Under the pieces are notes generated by a model. It searched no databases. It saw nothing but the letters and a program-made list of their open reading frames with translations, and was not told where the DNA came from. From positions 672,001 to 736,000 of the forward strand of contig OZ240241.1 in the NCBI GenBank assembly GCA_965198115.1: DNA of 64,000 bases, in the 5' to 3' direction. The translations under genes and the position numbers were made by a program. Below, piece after piece: positions 31,872 through 42,586 of the stretch; the first letter of the stretch is position 1, and each line of letters begins with the position of its first letter. Origin of the DNA: Candidatus Latescibacterota bacterium. Its GTDB lineage: Bacteria > Latescibacterota > UBA2968.

Positions 31872-33164
31872 GGGTTCGGAATAAATAAACGGTCGATCTC
31901 AATGTTGAGCCATTGGCCGGATCGTGTAGTTCCAGTCGCCGTGGAAATCGTGCGGAGTGAGATCGATTTGGGTCATCTGTTCATCGGTCACCTTGACCCC
32001 GTTAGGGTAGGGTCGCTTGTCGATCTCGGAGCGTACTCGGAGACCGGCTTGAGTGGTCGTTCCGGCAATGAGATTCACGGTTGCAGCCAGGCTGACCAGG
32101 GGCTTGCCTCGCCAGTTCATAGCGATGAAGGAGAACAGGCGATGTTCGATCTTGTTCCACTTACTAGTGCCAGGAGGGTAGTGGCATACGGTGATCGTCA
32201 GGCCAGTGCGATTCGCAAAGCGCTGCAGCTCCCACTTCCACAGCCGCGTCTTGGCGCCGTTGCTGCCGCCTGCGTCCGCCGTGATTAGCAGATGCGTCGA
32301 AGTGCCGTAGGCGGGCCGTCCCATGTTCTTCCACCAACTTCGGATCGCATTCACGGCGAAGCTGGCCGTGTCGTGATCGATACCGACACTTACCCAGCCT
32401 TCATCACGGCTCAGATCATACACTCCATAAGGGATCGCCTTGCCCTGAGCAGGCACTATGAAATCGTGTACCTTCACACGCTCCGGGTCTCCCTTGGGTC
32501 GCCATTCTCGGCCAGGATTCTTGAAGTCGCCGATCAACTCTTTCTTCTTGGTGTCCACCGAGATAACGGGAAGGCCCTGCTGCTGCTGCTGGCTAATCCG
32601 ATCATCGAGGTAAACGAACTGAGCGTCCCGATCCGGGTGTGCAGATCCCTCCCTTGTCTTCCGATTCGCCTGCAGCGTGTAATCGTGTTCGTGCAGGAGA
32701 TTGGCAACGATCCTGGGGCTCACCGAATGCCCCATCGCTTGCAACTCGGCGGCCAGTTTGCGAGTGCTCTTCGATGTCCATCTCAGAGGATTGTCGTCAG
32801 GCGACCCCGCAGTCGTTGGCTCGACCAGATCATTCAGGTCCTGCCACAGCGTCGGGTCCGTGTCGGCCTTCCGCTTACGACCGCCGCCTGGACGCCGGAT
32901 GCGAGCCGGGTCCAAAGGTTCGTCCGACCTCAACTCCTGAATGCCACGAAAGATCCGCTCTCTGGACATTCCTGTCGCCAGAGCCACAATCGCGATCCCA
33001 CCGTGACCCAACGCTTCGGCTTCCGTGGCGGCCCACAGACGACGCGTGCGTTCCGTCAGCACCGGAGCCAAGGCTTCATACTTCGTTCGGAGAGTTTCGA
33101 CGTCCACACTCCGAGCGTAAGATCATTACCTTGAAAAGTGCAGCACTTATTTCATGGCAAACCC
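31872..33164 (-). mobile_element. ISAzo13-like element (transposase 31899-33107)
   Basis: 'ISVDTKKKELIG', 'TADAGGSNG', 'PGTSKWNKIEHRLF', 'FHGDWNY'; IRs GGGTT...AAATAA; probable TTA duplication. Confidence 0.9.
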
Positions 33165-33308
33165 TTAGCGGTCTGCCGCGCCGTCCTTGCCCCTCCACCC
33201 GACCCGGCGTGATCGAATACTCGCGCCGAATCCGGCTACCTTCGACAACACCCCATCCAGCCGCGATCAACGCGGGGTCAATGTGTTCGATCCTTGTTTC
33301 GGCTTCGT

Positions 33309-34295
33309 TCACAGGGCCCCCGTGAAGGCTTGGTGCAACAGGGACCTCTTCAATGCTTCCAAGGCATCGAGCTTACGCTCATAGATCGATTCGAGCCGTT
33401 GGGTTTCGGTGTTCAGATCATCCAGCATAGAAACGATGCCTCTTGCTGTCCTATTGGTGGAATAGGCAAAAGGCGACTCTCCATCGATCCCTTGCTCACG
33501 TGCATCATAGTTGTACCTGTACCCTGAGCTTGCTTGATCTGATCAACATCCCAATTGAGCAGGTGTAGCAAGAATCGCTTCTCAATGATCGCAGGGTTTG
33601 GAAGCACTTTCCAGATATGGTAGTGGTAGATCACCTTGCCGCCGTCCCAAATTCGAGGGCCAAAAGAGGCCGACCACGCATAGAGTAAGTCACCAGTGTC
33701 GCAATATTTGTCAGCATCCAACTCAAGATCGGAATAGTACCAATCTCTGTTTGTAAAAAAATTTCCCACACGAAGTAGGGGGTATTTCCCTGCACCAAGC
33801 ATTTCGTCTTTCTTATAGGCCCGACCATTTATGAGCGTACACACTTCAGCGAGTCGCCTCTTCGCCCACTCCTTTCCCCGTTGTGTGAAGACGGATTGGA
33901 GGTGGCTGTCAAAGAGGGCACGAGCGTTCTGGAGGTTCCTTTCACCGTTGACTTTTGCGGTGGCGATTCCCGCAAACGCTTCGTCGAGGATGGCAACAAC
34001 TCGGTGCTGCTCAGGAAGCGGTGGGATAGGAATCGGATAGTCTTGAATGAATTCCTTTGGCACTCGCTGGTGTCCAACTGCCCCACCCATTCGTGCCTTA
34101 CCCTCAGTTCTAAATTCCGGGCGAGCTAAGTAGTAGTAGAGGAATTCTTTGTTGAGCCTCGAAGAAGGTCGAAAGACGATGAATTCGCTGGAACCGAAAC
34201 CGATTCCGTTGCTCAAGTTTGCCGCGATCCCAAGCTTTCCGTTCTCAAAGCACGGAGTGATTTTCGCGAGAAGCACATCGCCTTCAGAAAAATAA
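33309..34295 (-). pseudogene. hsdS: Type I R-M specificity subunit, 5'-truncated and frameshifted
   Basis: 'AKITPCFENGK', 'IPIPPLPEQHRVV', second TRD 'LLYAWSASFG'; stop overlaps the hsdR start. Confidence 0.9.
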
Positions 34296-35715
34296 GGCTA
34301 TATCCGGATCTCTCAACGAGATGAAGTGGGTGAAGGTGCCGTGGTTCCTGGCATGGGGGCGCGGTTAGCGTGTGCGGAACCTCTTCGGAATCTGCTCAGG
34401 GATGTTTATGTCTCCGACGGTAAGGAAGATCATATCGTTGAATGCGTCGAGTGTGCGGAATCCGCTGGCTCGGTTCTTGACGATTTGGACGATTCGGTTG
34501 AGGCCTTCGGCGATGGCGTTGGTAAGACGCGTGTTCACGAATGCGAGGACGCCGAAGAAGTGCTGTCGCAGGGTCCTGACGAACTTTCGCAGGGGTTCAA
34601 GTCGACTTCTGAGTGCGGACGTCGTCCAGCATTTCAGGAAGCGTTCGGCAGCCCAGGGCGCTTTGTATTCCCAGAACTGCTCGAACTCGTCCTTGAGTCT
34701 CCAGGCTCTATAGATTCGGTAGTTCGCCTTCTCCAGTGCTTTGAGTGTCCGAGTATCCCCTCTGGAGCGTGTCGCTGAGTGCCGGTAGAGGAGCCATCGG
34801 AGGCCCTTCATGGCTTTGCGCTCATCCGGGGCAGCTTTACGCCACTGGTCCTTACGGACCTCGTCAACGGCGGCATTGAGAGCCTTGACGATGTGAAAGC
34901 GATCGAGGACCAGCTTGGCATTCGGACAGTGTTCCTGGATGGCTCCGATGTAAGCTTCGCTCATGTCGCAGCAGGCCCACTCGATCTTGGATCTCCGGTA
35001 GGGACTGAGAGCCTCTGTGAAGAACCGATCGATCGTTTTACGCGCCCTGCCGCGGCCAACCCACACCACGCAGGAGCGGTCCAGATCGTAAACGAGCGTG
35101 GCGTACCTGTGACGCTTGGCGTAGGAGATCTCGTCGATCCCGATGGTTTTGAGCCCTCGGATACGATGACCTTCACGAAGCCGCGTGATGGATCGGTGAA
35201 GGAGATCCGACAGCGTCGAGGCAGAGATGCGCAGCAACTCGGACGCCGCCTTCTGCGTCATGGTCTGGCAGTAGCGCAGCATGGCATACTCGAAGCGATA
35301 CGTCACCCGAGAGAACCGCTCCGCCCACGGAATCTCCTCGACCACACGACCGTGGGTAGGACACCGAATCTCCCGAGGATGGTAGAGAAGCCAGACCCTC
35401 CACCCGCACACCGGAATGTCACGCCACCGACGCGGATGGGGCATTGTGCGGACGATTTTACCTCGACGGCCGCACTCCGGACAACAACAACCATTCTTAT
35501 GTGGCTTTACGGCGATGACGAAACAGCTTCTCCCCTCAAACCACCAGCTGACAACACGGAACCCCTTGAATCTCAGCAGTTTCGATAGTAATCTGCTCCC
35601 GGTCATAGGTCGCACCCCCTTCGCTTTGATTGTCCTACACACACAACCAAGCGTAGGGAACGATCTATGACCTTGTCATTCTATAGTTTCACCGTTGAGA
35701 AACCCGGATAGAGCC
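34296..35715 (-). mobile_element. ISL3-family element, copy 4 (transposase 34365-35642), no TSD
   Basis: 1420 bp; flanks AAAAATAA and TGGAAAAT do not match. Confidence 0.95.
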
Positions 35716-35785
35716 TGGAAAATGGGGGCGATCGTGTTTATCTTGAGCGTCCTGAATCTGGCTAAGGACGCCGAAAGGAGGGACG

Positions 35786-36571
35786 ATGCTGGAACTCAAT
35801 CTGGGCGGAAAAGTGGCACTCGTGACGGGAGGTAGTGAAGGAATCGGGAAGGGGATCGCGTGGAAACTGTCTGAAGAGGGGTGTTCTGTCGCGATCTGCG
35901 CACGGCGCGATGATGTACTGCAGGCGGCTGCGCTGGAGATTAGGGACGATACGGGGGGCGCGGTGCTGGCTGTGCAGGCGGATGTGACGCAGGCGACGGA
36001 CATCGAGACGTTCGTGTCGGCCGCGATCGATGCCTACGGCGGCGTCGATATTCTGGTGAACAATGCGGGACGGTCAGCGGGTTTTCCGTTCGAAGAAGCG
36101 ACGGATGAAGCCTGGCTGGAGGATTTCGATCTGAAGTTCTGGGCGGCCGTGCGTGGATCGCGTTGCGTTTTGCCTTCGATGAAGGAACGAGGCGGTGGAA
36201 ACATCATCAACGTGACACATCCAGGAGGGAAAGCGCCTGGTGGCGGCTCGGTCCCGACGTCGATCAGCCGAGCGGCTGGAATCGCGTTTACGAAGGCGTT
36301 GTCGCACGACTGCGCGTCCTATGGCATTCGTGTGAACACCGTTTGCCTGACGAACATCAAATCGGCACAAGGCGTGCGCGCGTGGGAATCGCTGGACACA
36401 GAAGAGTCCTACGAAGCGTGGTGCGACCGAATCGGGAAGGACATTCCCCTCGGGCGGATGGGGGAAGCGAGCGAGGTGGGCGATCTGGTGGCGTTCCTGG
36501 TGTCGGAGCGGGCGGCGTTCATCACGGGGACGTCGGTGAACATCGATGGGGGGACATCGCACGTTGTGTGA
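35786..36571 (+). CDS. SDR family oxidoreductase
   Basis: 'TGGSEGIG', 'NNAG', 'FITGTSVNIDGG'; the usual YxxxK reads 'TSISR' (atypical). Confidence 0.92.
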   Translation: MLELNLGGKVALVTGGSEGIGKGIAWKLSEEGCSVAICARRDDVLQAAALEIRDDTGGAVLAVQADVTQATDIETFVSAAIDAYGGVDILVNNAGRSAGFPFEEATDEAWLEDFDLKFWAAVRGSRCVLPSMKERGGGNIINVTHPGGKAPGGGSVPTSISRAAGIAFTKALSHDCASYGIRVNTVCLTNIKSAQGVRAWESLDTEESYEAWCDRIGKDIPLGRMGEASEVGDLVAFLVSERAAFITGTSVNIDGGTSHVV

Positions 36572-36721
36572 CCAAGATGCGCCACTGAGAGCGCTGAGAA
36601 CACTGAGGGAGAGTGCGCTTAGTTGAGGGGTCGCATGTTCGGTGTCAGTGTTCGGTTGTTCAGGGAAATCCTTAGCGGTTGTAATCGGAGTAGAGGGTAG
36701 TTAACGCCACAGCAGAAAAAC

Positions 36722-36753
36722 GAAGGGCTTCCATTGTCGATGGAAGCCCTTTC
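36722..36753. terminator. Hairpin between convergent genes
   Basis: GAAGGGCTTCCA-TTGTCGA-TGGAAGCCCTTT. Confidence 0.7.
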
Positions 36754-36774
36754 GAGTTTAACGATGGTGGTGGA

Positions 36775-37851
36775 TTACGCGCTAGGAAGAACCGGGGCGA
36801 CTTCTTGTGCAAGGCGATCCATCGATTTTTCCCACAGTTCGCGTTTGTCCCAGTCGTGGGTGATCATCAACAGGGTGCCGAAGCCGCCGGTTTCGTCCCA
36901 GAGGGCCTGGAGTCTTTCGGTGCAAGTGGCGACGTCGCCGAAGATGCAGAGTTCCTTGATGATATAATCGGGGGTGACGTCGGAATCGGGCATATCGGGA
37001 TCGCGCTTCGTAATCCAGAGCATCTTGGCCCCAGTCAACAGCGTGATCAGATAGTCGAACGCGCGATACACGGCGCTGTTCATCATATAGTCCAACGCCT
37101 CGTCGTTCGAATCGGCGATGAGGACGGTTCGTGAGATACGCCAGTCAGCACGGTTGGGGACAGGGCGTCCGGCGCCCTCGGCCCCGTCGCAGTAGGTCTT
37201 CCACTGTTCTTTGAGAATGTTTCCGGGCACCAGGTTTGTACTCACCGGATAGTAGCCGCGCGCACCGGCCATCGTGGCCGCTTTCGAATCGGGGCGGATG
37301 ACGCTCATCCCTATCGGGGGATGGGGCTTCTGGTAAGGATGCAGGATCGAGCCGATGCCCTTTTCGGGAATCGGGTTTTCAATCTTGATGTGCCAGAAGT
37401 CGCCCTTGAAATCGAAGGGAGGCTCTGCTTGCCAGAGCTTCAGGATCATATCGATCGACTCGACCGTCATCAAGCCTTGGGTTGCAGGGTCGGGGAGTTC
37501 GAAGAGTCCCCAATCCGTCTGGACGCCCCCCTGGCCGAAGCCGCAGTTGATCCGCCCGCGAGAAAGATGGTCGAGGTAGGCCAGTCGAACCGCGACGTTG
37601 ACGGGATGATGCTGCGGAAGGATTGAAACGCCTGTCCCGAGTCGAATCGACTCGGTTCTGGGTAGCACGTTCGCGATGAAAAGATCGTTCGACGGGATCG
37701 GCTCCCAGGCGACCGAATGATGCTGGCCGATCCAGGCTTCCTTGAACCCGAGCTGATCGGCTCGAACAACGAGGTCGATGTCTTCCTCGAAGGAGATCGT
37801 TCGGTCCTTCTCGGGGGGATGAAGCGGCATCATAAATATGCCGAGGTCCAC
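36775..37851 (-). CDS. LLM-class flavin-dependent oxidoreductase
   Basis: 'GIFMMPLHPP', 'EAWIGQHH', 'HHPVNVAVRLAYLDHLSRGR', 'PYQKPHPPI'. Confidence 0.92.
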   Translation of the reverse strand: MDLGIFMMPLHPPEKDRTISFEEDIDLVVRADQLGFKEAWIGQHHSVAWEPIPSNDLFIANVLPRTESIRLGTGVSILPQHHPVNVAVRLAYLDHLSRGRINCGFGQGGVQTDWGLFELPDPATQGLMTVESIDMILKLWQAEPPFDFKGDFWHIKIENPIPEKGIGSILHPYQKPHPPIGMSVIRPDSKAATMAGARGYYPVSTNLVPGNILKEQWKTYCDGAEGAGRPVPNRADWRISRTVLIADSNDEALDYMMNSAVYRAFDYLITLLTGAKMLWITKRDPDMPDSDVTPDYIIKELCIFGDVATCTERLQALWDETGGFGTLLMITHDWDKRELWEKSMDRLAQEVAPVLPSA

Positions 37852-37890
37852 AGTTTCCTCCTGGGCTGATGAAAGACGCGCAAGCGTTGA

Positions 37891-39009
37891 TCAGGGTATG
37901 GGTGGATGTTTCGCGATCGCCTCCTCGACAATCTCGCAGCCGAGCCCGGGACGATCGGACATCTGAACGTAGCCATCTACGATAACAGTCGGGTTCGTGA
38001 CGATGTCGTTGCGCCAGGGGACGTCATCGTGTTCGTATTCGAGAATCTTGAAGTTTTCGAGTGTCGCGCATAGATGCGCGGCCTGCCAACCACCGAGGCA
38101 ACCGTGTGAATTGTGCGGCGCGAACAGAATGTCGTAGGTGTTGGCATAGTCAGCGACCTTCTTGCCCATCGTGATTCCGTTCCAGACGGTGTCGGGCATC
38201 ACGATGTCGAAAGCGTGGTTCTCAAAGAAGGGCTTGAAGCCCTGGGTTCGGTAAACGCTCTCGCCGATGCAGATGGGCGTGGACGTTGACTCCCTGACGG
38301 ATTTGAGCGCGAGAGGGTCGAGCGTCTCGGCTTCGAGCCAGAGCATATTGAAAGGCTCCAACGCCTTCGCAAGTTTTCGAATGCCGGCCATCTTGAACGA
38401 GAAGGCCACGTCGAGCGCGATGCTGCATTCGGAACCGAGAGCGTCCTGCCAGGCGCCGATCCATTCGACGATACCGTCGAGCGTGCCGGGTGAGATATCA
38501 CCACTGTCTTCGGGCGTGAGGGAATAATTGACCTTGACGTCTCGGAACCCGAGCTCACGGACGTAATCGGCGCACGCTGTGACATCCTCCAGGGATCTGA
38601 CCGGGGGCGCGTCGGGGTTTGCGGGTTCGGGTCTTCCACAGTGGGTGTAATAGCAGCGAATGCGATCGTTGACGAGTCCACCCAGGAGCTCGTAGACGGG
38701 AACGCCGAGCGCCTTGCCTTTGATATCGAGCAGGGCTGCGTCAATGCCGGAGATGGCCTGGTGGGCGACGCCAGCCGTCTGCCGCTGCGTCAGCCGGTAG
38801 AGATCGATCTGGATGCGCTCGGTCTGGAAGGGGTCGCGTCCGATGACGTGCTCACCGATGTACTCGATCGCCGGTTTGAGCATCCGATCGGAACGCATAC
38901 AGTTACATTCCGAAAAGCCGGTGATGCCATCGTCGGTTTGCACCTTGACGAAGTTCTGGGTGCGCCAGCCTCCGTCGCACTGGAGCACTTCGACAGATGT
39001 GATTTTCAT
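37891..39009 (-). CDS. Mandelate racemase/acid-sugar dehydratase (enolase superfamily)
   Basis: 'AISGIDAALLDIKGKALGVPVYELLGG', 'WLE', 'GE', 'APHN', 'RPGLG'; start 'MKITSVE'. Confidence 0.92.
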   Translation of the reverse strand: MKITSVEVLQCDGGWRTQNFVKVQTDDGITGFSECNCMRSDRMLKPAIEYIGEHVIGRDPFQTERIQIDLYRLTQRQTAGVAHQAISGIDAALLDIKGKALGVPVYELLGGLVNDRIRCYYTHCGRPEPANPDAPPVRSLEDVTACADYVRELGFRDVKVNYSLTPEDSGDISPGTLDGIVEWIGAWQDALGSECSIALDVAFSFKMAGIRKLAKALEPFNMLWLEAETLDPLALKSVRESTSTPICIGESVYRTQGFKPFFENHAFDIVMPDTVWNGITMGKKVADYANTYDILFAPHNSHGCLGGWQAAHLCATLENFKILEYEHDDVPWRNDIVTNPTVIVDGYVQMSDRPGLGCEIVEEAIAKHPPIP

Positions 39010-39173
39010 TCTACCTCGCGTGGACAAGACAGCCACTGAGCCCACTGAGGACCCAGAGAAATCTGACTTCATTGACGGAATCGCAACGCTCAAGATACTC
39101 TTTCCTTTCGATAAAGCAGGGGCTTTCTTGCCATCGTCGGAAGTGCAAGGACAAGATTTCCAAGAGGTGAGCA

Positions 39174-40781
39174 ATGGCTGATTCAGGGGCCGTGCGATTG
39201 ATCGATTCGCTCGTGGCGGAGGGCGTTCGGACGCTGTTCTCGTTATCGGGCAACCAGATTATGTCCGTCTACGACGCGACGATTGGACGGGACATCGAGC
39301 TGATCCATACGCGTCACGAGGCGGCGGCTGTCCATATGGCCGATGCTGCCGGACGGCTGACCGGGGAGCCCGGTGTGGCGCTTCTGCCGGCAGGGCCAGG
39401 GCACTGCAACGCGATTTCCGCACTCTACGTGGCTCTGATGGCGGAGTCACCGGTCGTTGTGATCAGCGGCCACGCGCCGCTGGGCCAGGCCGGAATGGGC
39501 GCCTTTCAGGATATCGACCAGGTGACGACTTCGAAACCTGTGACGAAGGCGACCTGGCTGATCGAGGACGCGAATCGTATCGGATCCGATATCCGCGAAG
39601 CGCTCGAAATCGCCAGATCGGGGCGACCGGGGTCGGTTCACCTGAGCGTCCCGGAGGATGTCCTGAAGGCAAGTGCGGATCTGAAATCGGAGAACGGAGA
39701 ACGGAGAACGGAGAACGAAAGGCCTGGTGGCGTTGACGCGTCTTTCCTCGGTGAAGTACTCCGTCTGTTGAATGAAGCGGAGCGGCCAGTGATTTTGGCG
39801 GGACCGGGAATGGCGAGGGGATCCCGGTGGGACGCGATCGCGGCACTCTCCGATGCGACGGGAGTCCCTGCGCTTCCGATGATGAGTCCGCGTGGGGTCA
39901 ACGACCCGTGGCTGCACGAAGCGGCAAACTGCCTCGCGGGGGCCGATCTGGTTTTGCTCGTGGGGAAGAAGCTCGATTTCTCGCTCCGCTTTGGGGCGTC
40001 GCCCCCGTTCACGGAGGGATGTCGCTTCATCCAAATCGAGTCGGATGCGGAGCAATTGAAGGACGGTCCGCGTGTGGTTTTGAGATGTCACGCGGATCCG
40101 AGTGAAGTGGCTCGGGCGCTTGCCGCTGAAGCTGGCGACGGGGGATCGCACGCCGCGTGGCGCGACGAGGTCGAGGCCGCTCGAGATAAGGTTCCCGTAG
40201 AGTGGTCGTCGATGCGACGGCTGGACCGCAGGCCCATTCATCCCCTACGCATCTGTCAGGCCATTCAGCCCTATCTGGACAAGGGTGCGATGTTCGTGAG
40301 CGACGGCGGAGAATTCGGTCAGTGGGTGCAGGCCGGCCTCGATGCCGAGACGCGACTGATCAATGGACCCGCGGGGGCGATCGGGAGCGCGATTCCGTTG
40401 GCGATCGGAGCCAAACAGATTGACCGGTCACGCGGCGTATTCGCATTCGTCGGCGACGGTACGTTCGGTTACCACGCGATGGAGCTGGACACGGCCGTGC
40501 GCTACGATCTGCCGATCGTCGTTATCATCGGCAACGACGCGAGATGGAATGCGGAGCATCAGATTCAACTGAATACGTATGGCGCGGATCGCACCGTCGG
40601 GTGCGACCTGCTGCTCTCCCGTTACGACCGGGTCATCCAGGCGCTCGGTGGCTACGGGGCTTTCGTCCAGGATGCACAAGAACTGGGTGGCGCCGTGGCT
40701 CAGGCGGTATCGTCCGGGTTGCCTGCGTGCGTGAACGTCGCGATCGAGAGCGCCGCGGCACCTACGCTACTCAAACATTGA
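39174..40781 (+). CDS. ThDP-dependent enzyme (acetolactate synthase/2-hydroxyacyl-CoA lyase-like)
   Basis: 'RHEAAAVHMADA', 'AGPG', ThDP motif 'GDGTFGY...GNDARWN'. Confidence 0.92.
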   Translation: MADSGAVRLIDSLVAEGVRTLFSLSGNQIMSVYDATIGRDIELIHTRHEAAAVHMADAAGRLTGEPGVALLPAGPGHCNAISALYVALMAESPVVVISGHAPLGQAGMGAFQDIDQVTTSKPVTKATWLIEDANRIGSDIREALEIARSGRPGSVHLSVPEDVLKASADLKSENGERRTENERPGGVDASFLGEVLRLLNEAERPVILAGPGMARGSRWDAIAALSDATGVPALPMMSPRGVNDPWLHEAANCLAGADLVLLVGKKLDFSLRFGASPPFTEGCRFIQIESDAEQLKDGPRVVLRCHADPSEVARALAAEAGDGGSHAAWRDEVEAARDKVPVEWSSMRRLDRRPIHPLRICQAIQPYLDKGAMFVSDGGEFGQWVQAGLDAETRLINGPAGAIGSAIPLAIGAKQIDRSRGVFAFVGDGTFGYHAMELDTAVRYDLPIVVIIGNDARWNAEHQIQLNTYGADRTVGCDLLLSRYDRVIQALGGYGAFVQDAQELGGAVAQAVSSGLPACVNVAIESAAAPTLLKH

Positions 40782-40806
40782 GAATCGAAAATCGAACACT
40801 GGGAAT

Positions 40807-41652
40807 GTGATGTACATCGAGGTTACGGCAGAAGAAAGAGCAAGGGGCGGAATGGACGAGGTCAAAATGGCCCAAGCTGTTGATGCGGTTCGCACTCAGG
40901 GCTTCGTGATTCTGGAAGACGTCGTCGATCACGATCACCTGAATGTGCTTAAGGCTCGGATGGATGAGGATGCAGAACGCAAGATCCGGTGCTCGAAATG
41001 GGGGGGCGCAGGAGCGGTCAAAGGACACCTTCAGCACAAGCCTCCGCCTTTCACTCCCTACGTGTTCGAAGATGTGGTGGCGAACCCGTTCGTGCTTCAG
41101 GTGACGCACGGCGTGCTGGGCGACGGATTGTTCAACTGGTTCTATTCGGGCAACACGAACTGTCCAGGCAGCGGAACGCAACCCTTACATCCAGATCAAC
41201 TTCCGTTGTGGGCGGGGCTCGATCAGGCTCATCCTGCCAGCAATCTGGTCGTCAACATCTCACCCGAGGATACGTCGGAGGATAACGGAGCAGTCGAAAT
41301 CTGGCCGGGGACACATCTGTTGATCGTCGAGCCGGATTACGAGAAGTCCGGAGACCGGTTTCCGAAAACCGTGGTCAAAAAGAGGCGGAAGGAAGTGCCT
41401 CCGATTCGCGGAGCAGCGCGGAAGGGAAGCGTTCTGATTCGAGATATGCGCCTGTGGCACCGTGGCGTGCCCAATCCCAGCGACAGCCCACGCCATATGA
41501 TCGCGTTGATTCACACGATCCACTGGTATCGGAACCCGGGGCTGCTCAAGTTCGAGAAAGGTTGCGAGGAGGCCTTTCCCGATTGCAAGCTGGACCACAA
41601 CGTCGAGTTCGTGGATGAACTGATCGACTATATGAACAATCCACGGCCGTAA
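40807..41652 (+). CDS. PhyH-family 2OG-Fe(II) dioxygenase
   Basis: 'PGSGTQPLHPD', 'ENG-like...WPGTH', 'RDMRLWHRG'. Confidence 0.92.
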   Translation: MMYIEVTAEERARGGMDEVKMAQAVDAVRTQGFVILEDVVDHDHLNVLKARMDEDAERKIRCSKWGGAGAVKGHLQHKPPPFTPYVFEDVVANPFVLQVTHGVLGDGLFNWFYSGNTNCPGSGTQPLHPDQLPLWAGLDQAHPASNLVVNISPEDTSEDNGAVEIWPGTHLLIVEPDYEKSGDRFPKTVVKKRRKEVPPIRGAARKGSVLIRDMRLWHRGVPNPSDSPRHMIALIHTIHWYRNPGLLKFEKGCEEAFPDCKLDHNVEFVDELIDYMNNPRP

Positions 41653-41716
41653 GACCACAAGGCGATATCCGAGATCCGATCCGAGATATCCGATATCAGA
41701 GAGATGATGCCACTCA

Positions 41717-42559
41717 ATGGTCCGAGTTCGAATCACCGCTGAAGAGAAGCGGTCGGGGAAGATGCAGCCGGAGCATCTACGATCTTGCGTGGAAGCAGTC
41801 GATCTGGACGGGTACGTGACGTTGGAAGAAGCAATCGACGTCGAGGTGATCGACGCCCTGTGTGAGAAGATGATGGCGGATATCAAAACCGTTCGAAAAA
41901 GGCGAGGAATTGAGACGGGTTGGTCGGGCGTGAGACCGCCGCCGAAGCACCCACATCTTTACAAGGACATCCTGTTGAACGAAATGGCCATCTCGGTCAC
42001 GCACGCGGTCATCGGTGATGAAGTGACGAACGATGCGTATGGGGCGAACACGGCCTATCCGGGTGCCAGACCGCAGACGCCTCACGCTGATGGCGGTCAG
42101 CTATGGGCGGGTCTGAAAGAGGCCCATCCTCCTTACGCGATTGCGGTGAATGTTCCGCTTGTGGACGTTGACGAGGAAAACGGAGCGACGCAGGTTTGGC
42201 CGGGGACACACCGGAACACGCGGACGGTCCTCAAACGAGGGGAACACGCGGACCCAGAGTGGGTCGCCGAGTGGGAGAAGCAACGGTCACCGGAACGGAT
42301 GATGACGAAGCGAGGCGATGTTGTGCTTCGGGATACGAGGATGTGGCATTGTGGGATGCCGAACTACACGGATACACCTCGCCCGATGATCGCGATGATT
42401 CACAAGGTGCCCTGGTGGGGACGAGGCGGCGTGGAATTCGAGAAGGGTACGGAGGATTTCCTGACGCATCCCGTCCTCAAGACCAACGCAGTGTTCGTCG
42501 ATCCGCCGATCGATTACCTGATGCAGGGCCACTCGCGGCCGCTCCATCGCGGGAAATGA
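41717..42559 (+). CDS. PhyH-family 2OG-Fe(II) dioxygenase (paralogue)
   Basis: 'QTPHAD', 'ENGATQVWPGTH', 'RDTRMWHCG'. Confidence 0.92.
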   Translation: MVRVRITAEEKRSGKMQPEHLRSCVEAVDLDGYVTLEEAIDVEVIDALCEKMMADIKTVRKRRGIETGWSGVRPPPKHPHLYKDILLNEMAISVTHAVIGDEVTNDAYGANTAYPGARPQTPHADGGQLWAGLKEAHPPYAIAVNVPLVDVDEENGATQVWPGTHRNTRTVLKRGEHADPEWVAEWEKQRSPERMMTKRGDVVLRDTRMWHCGMPNYTDTPRPMIAMIHKVPWWGRGGVEFEKGTEDFLTHPVLKTNAVFVDPPIDYLMQGHSRPLHRGK

Positions 42560-42586
42560 AACGCCGCGTGAAGATCGCCCACTGCT

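Larger units (their letters stand above)
25731..33312 (-). pseudogene. hsdR: Type I restriction endonuclease subunit R (EcoEI-like), disrupted by four IS elements and frameshifts
   Basis: 'MNEAETR', 'ADYVL...VVEAK', Walker A 'ATGTGKT', 'DECHRG', 'LTATP', 'QIIGRGTR' distributed over the fragments. Confidence 0.93.
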
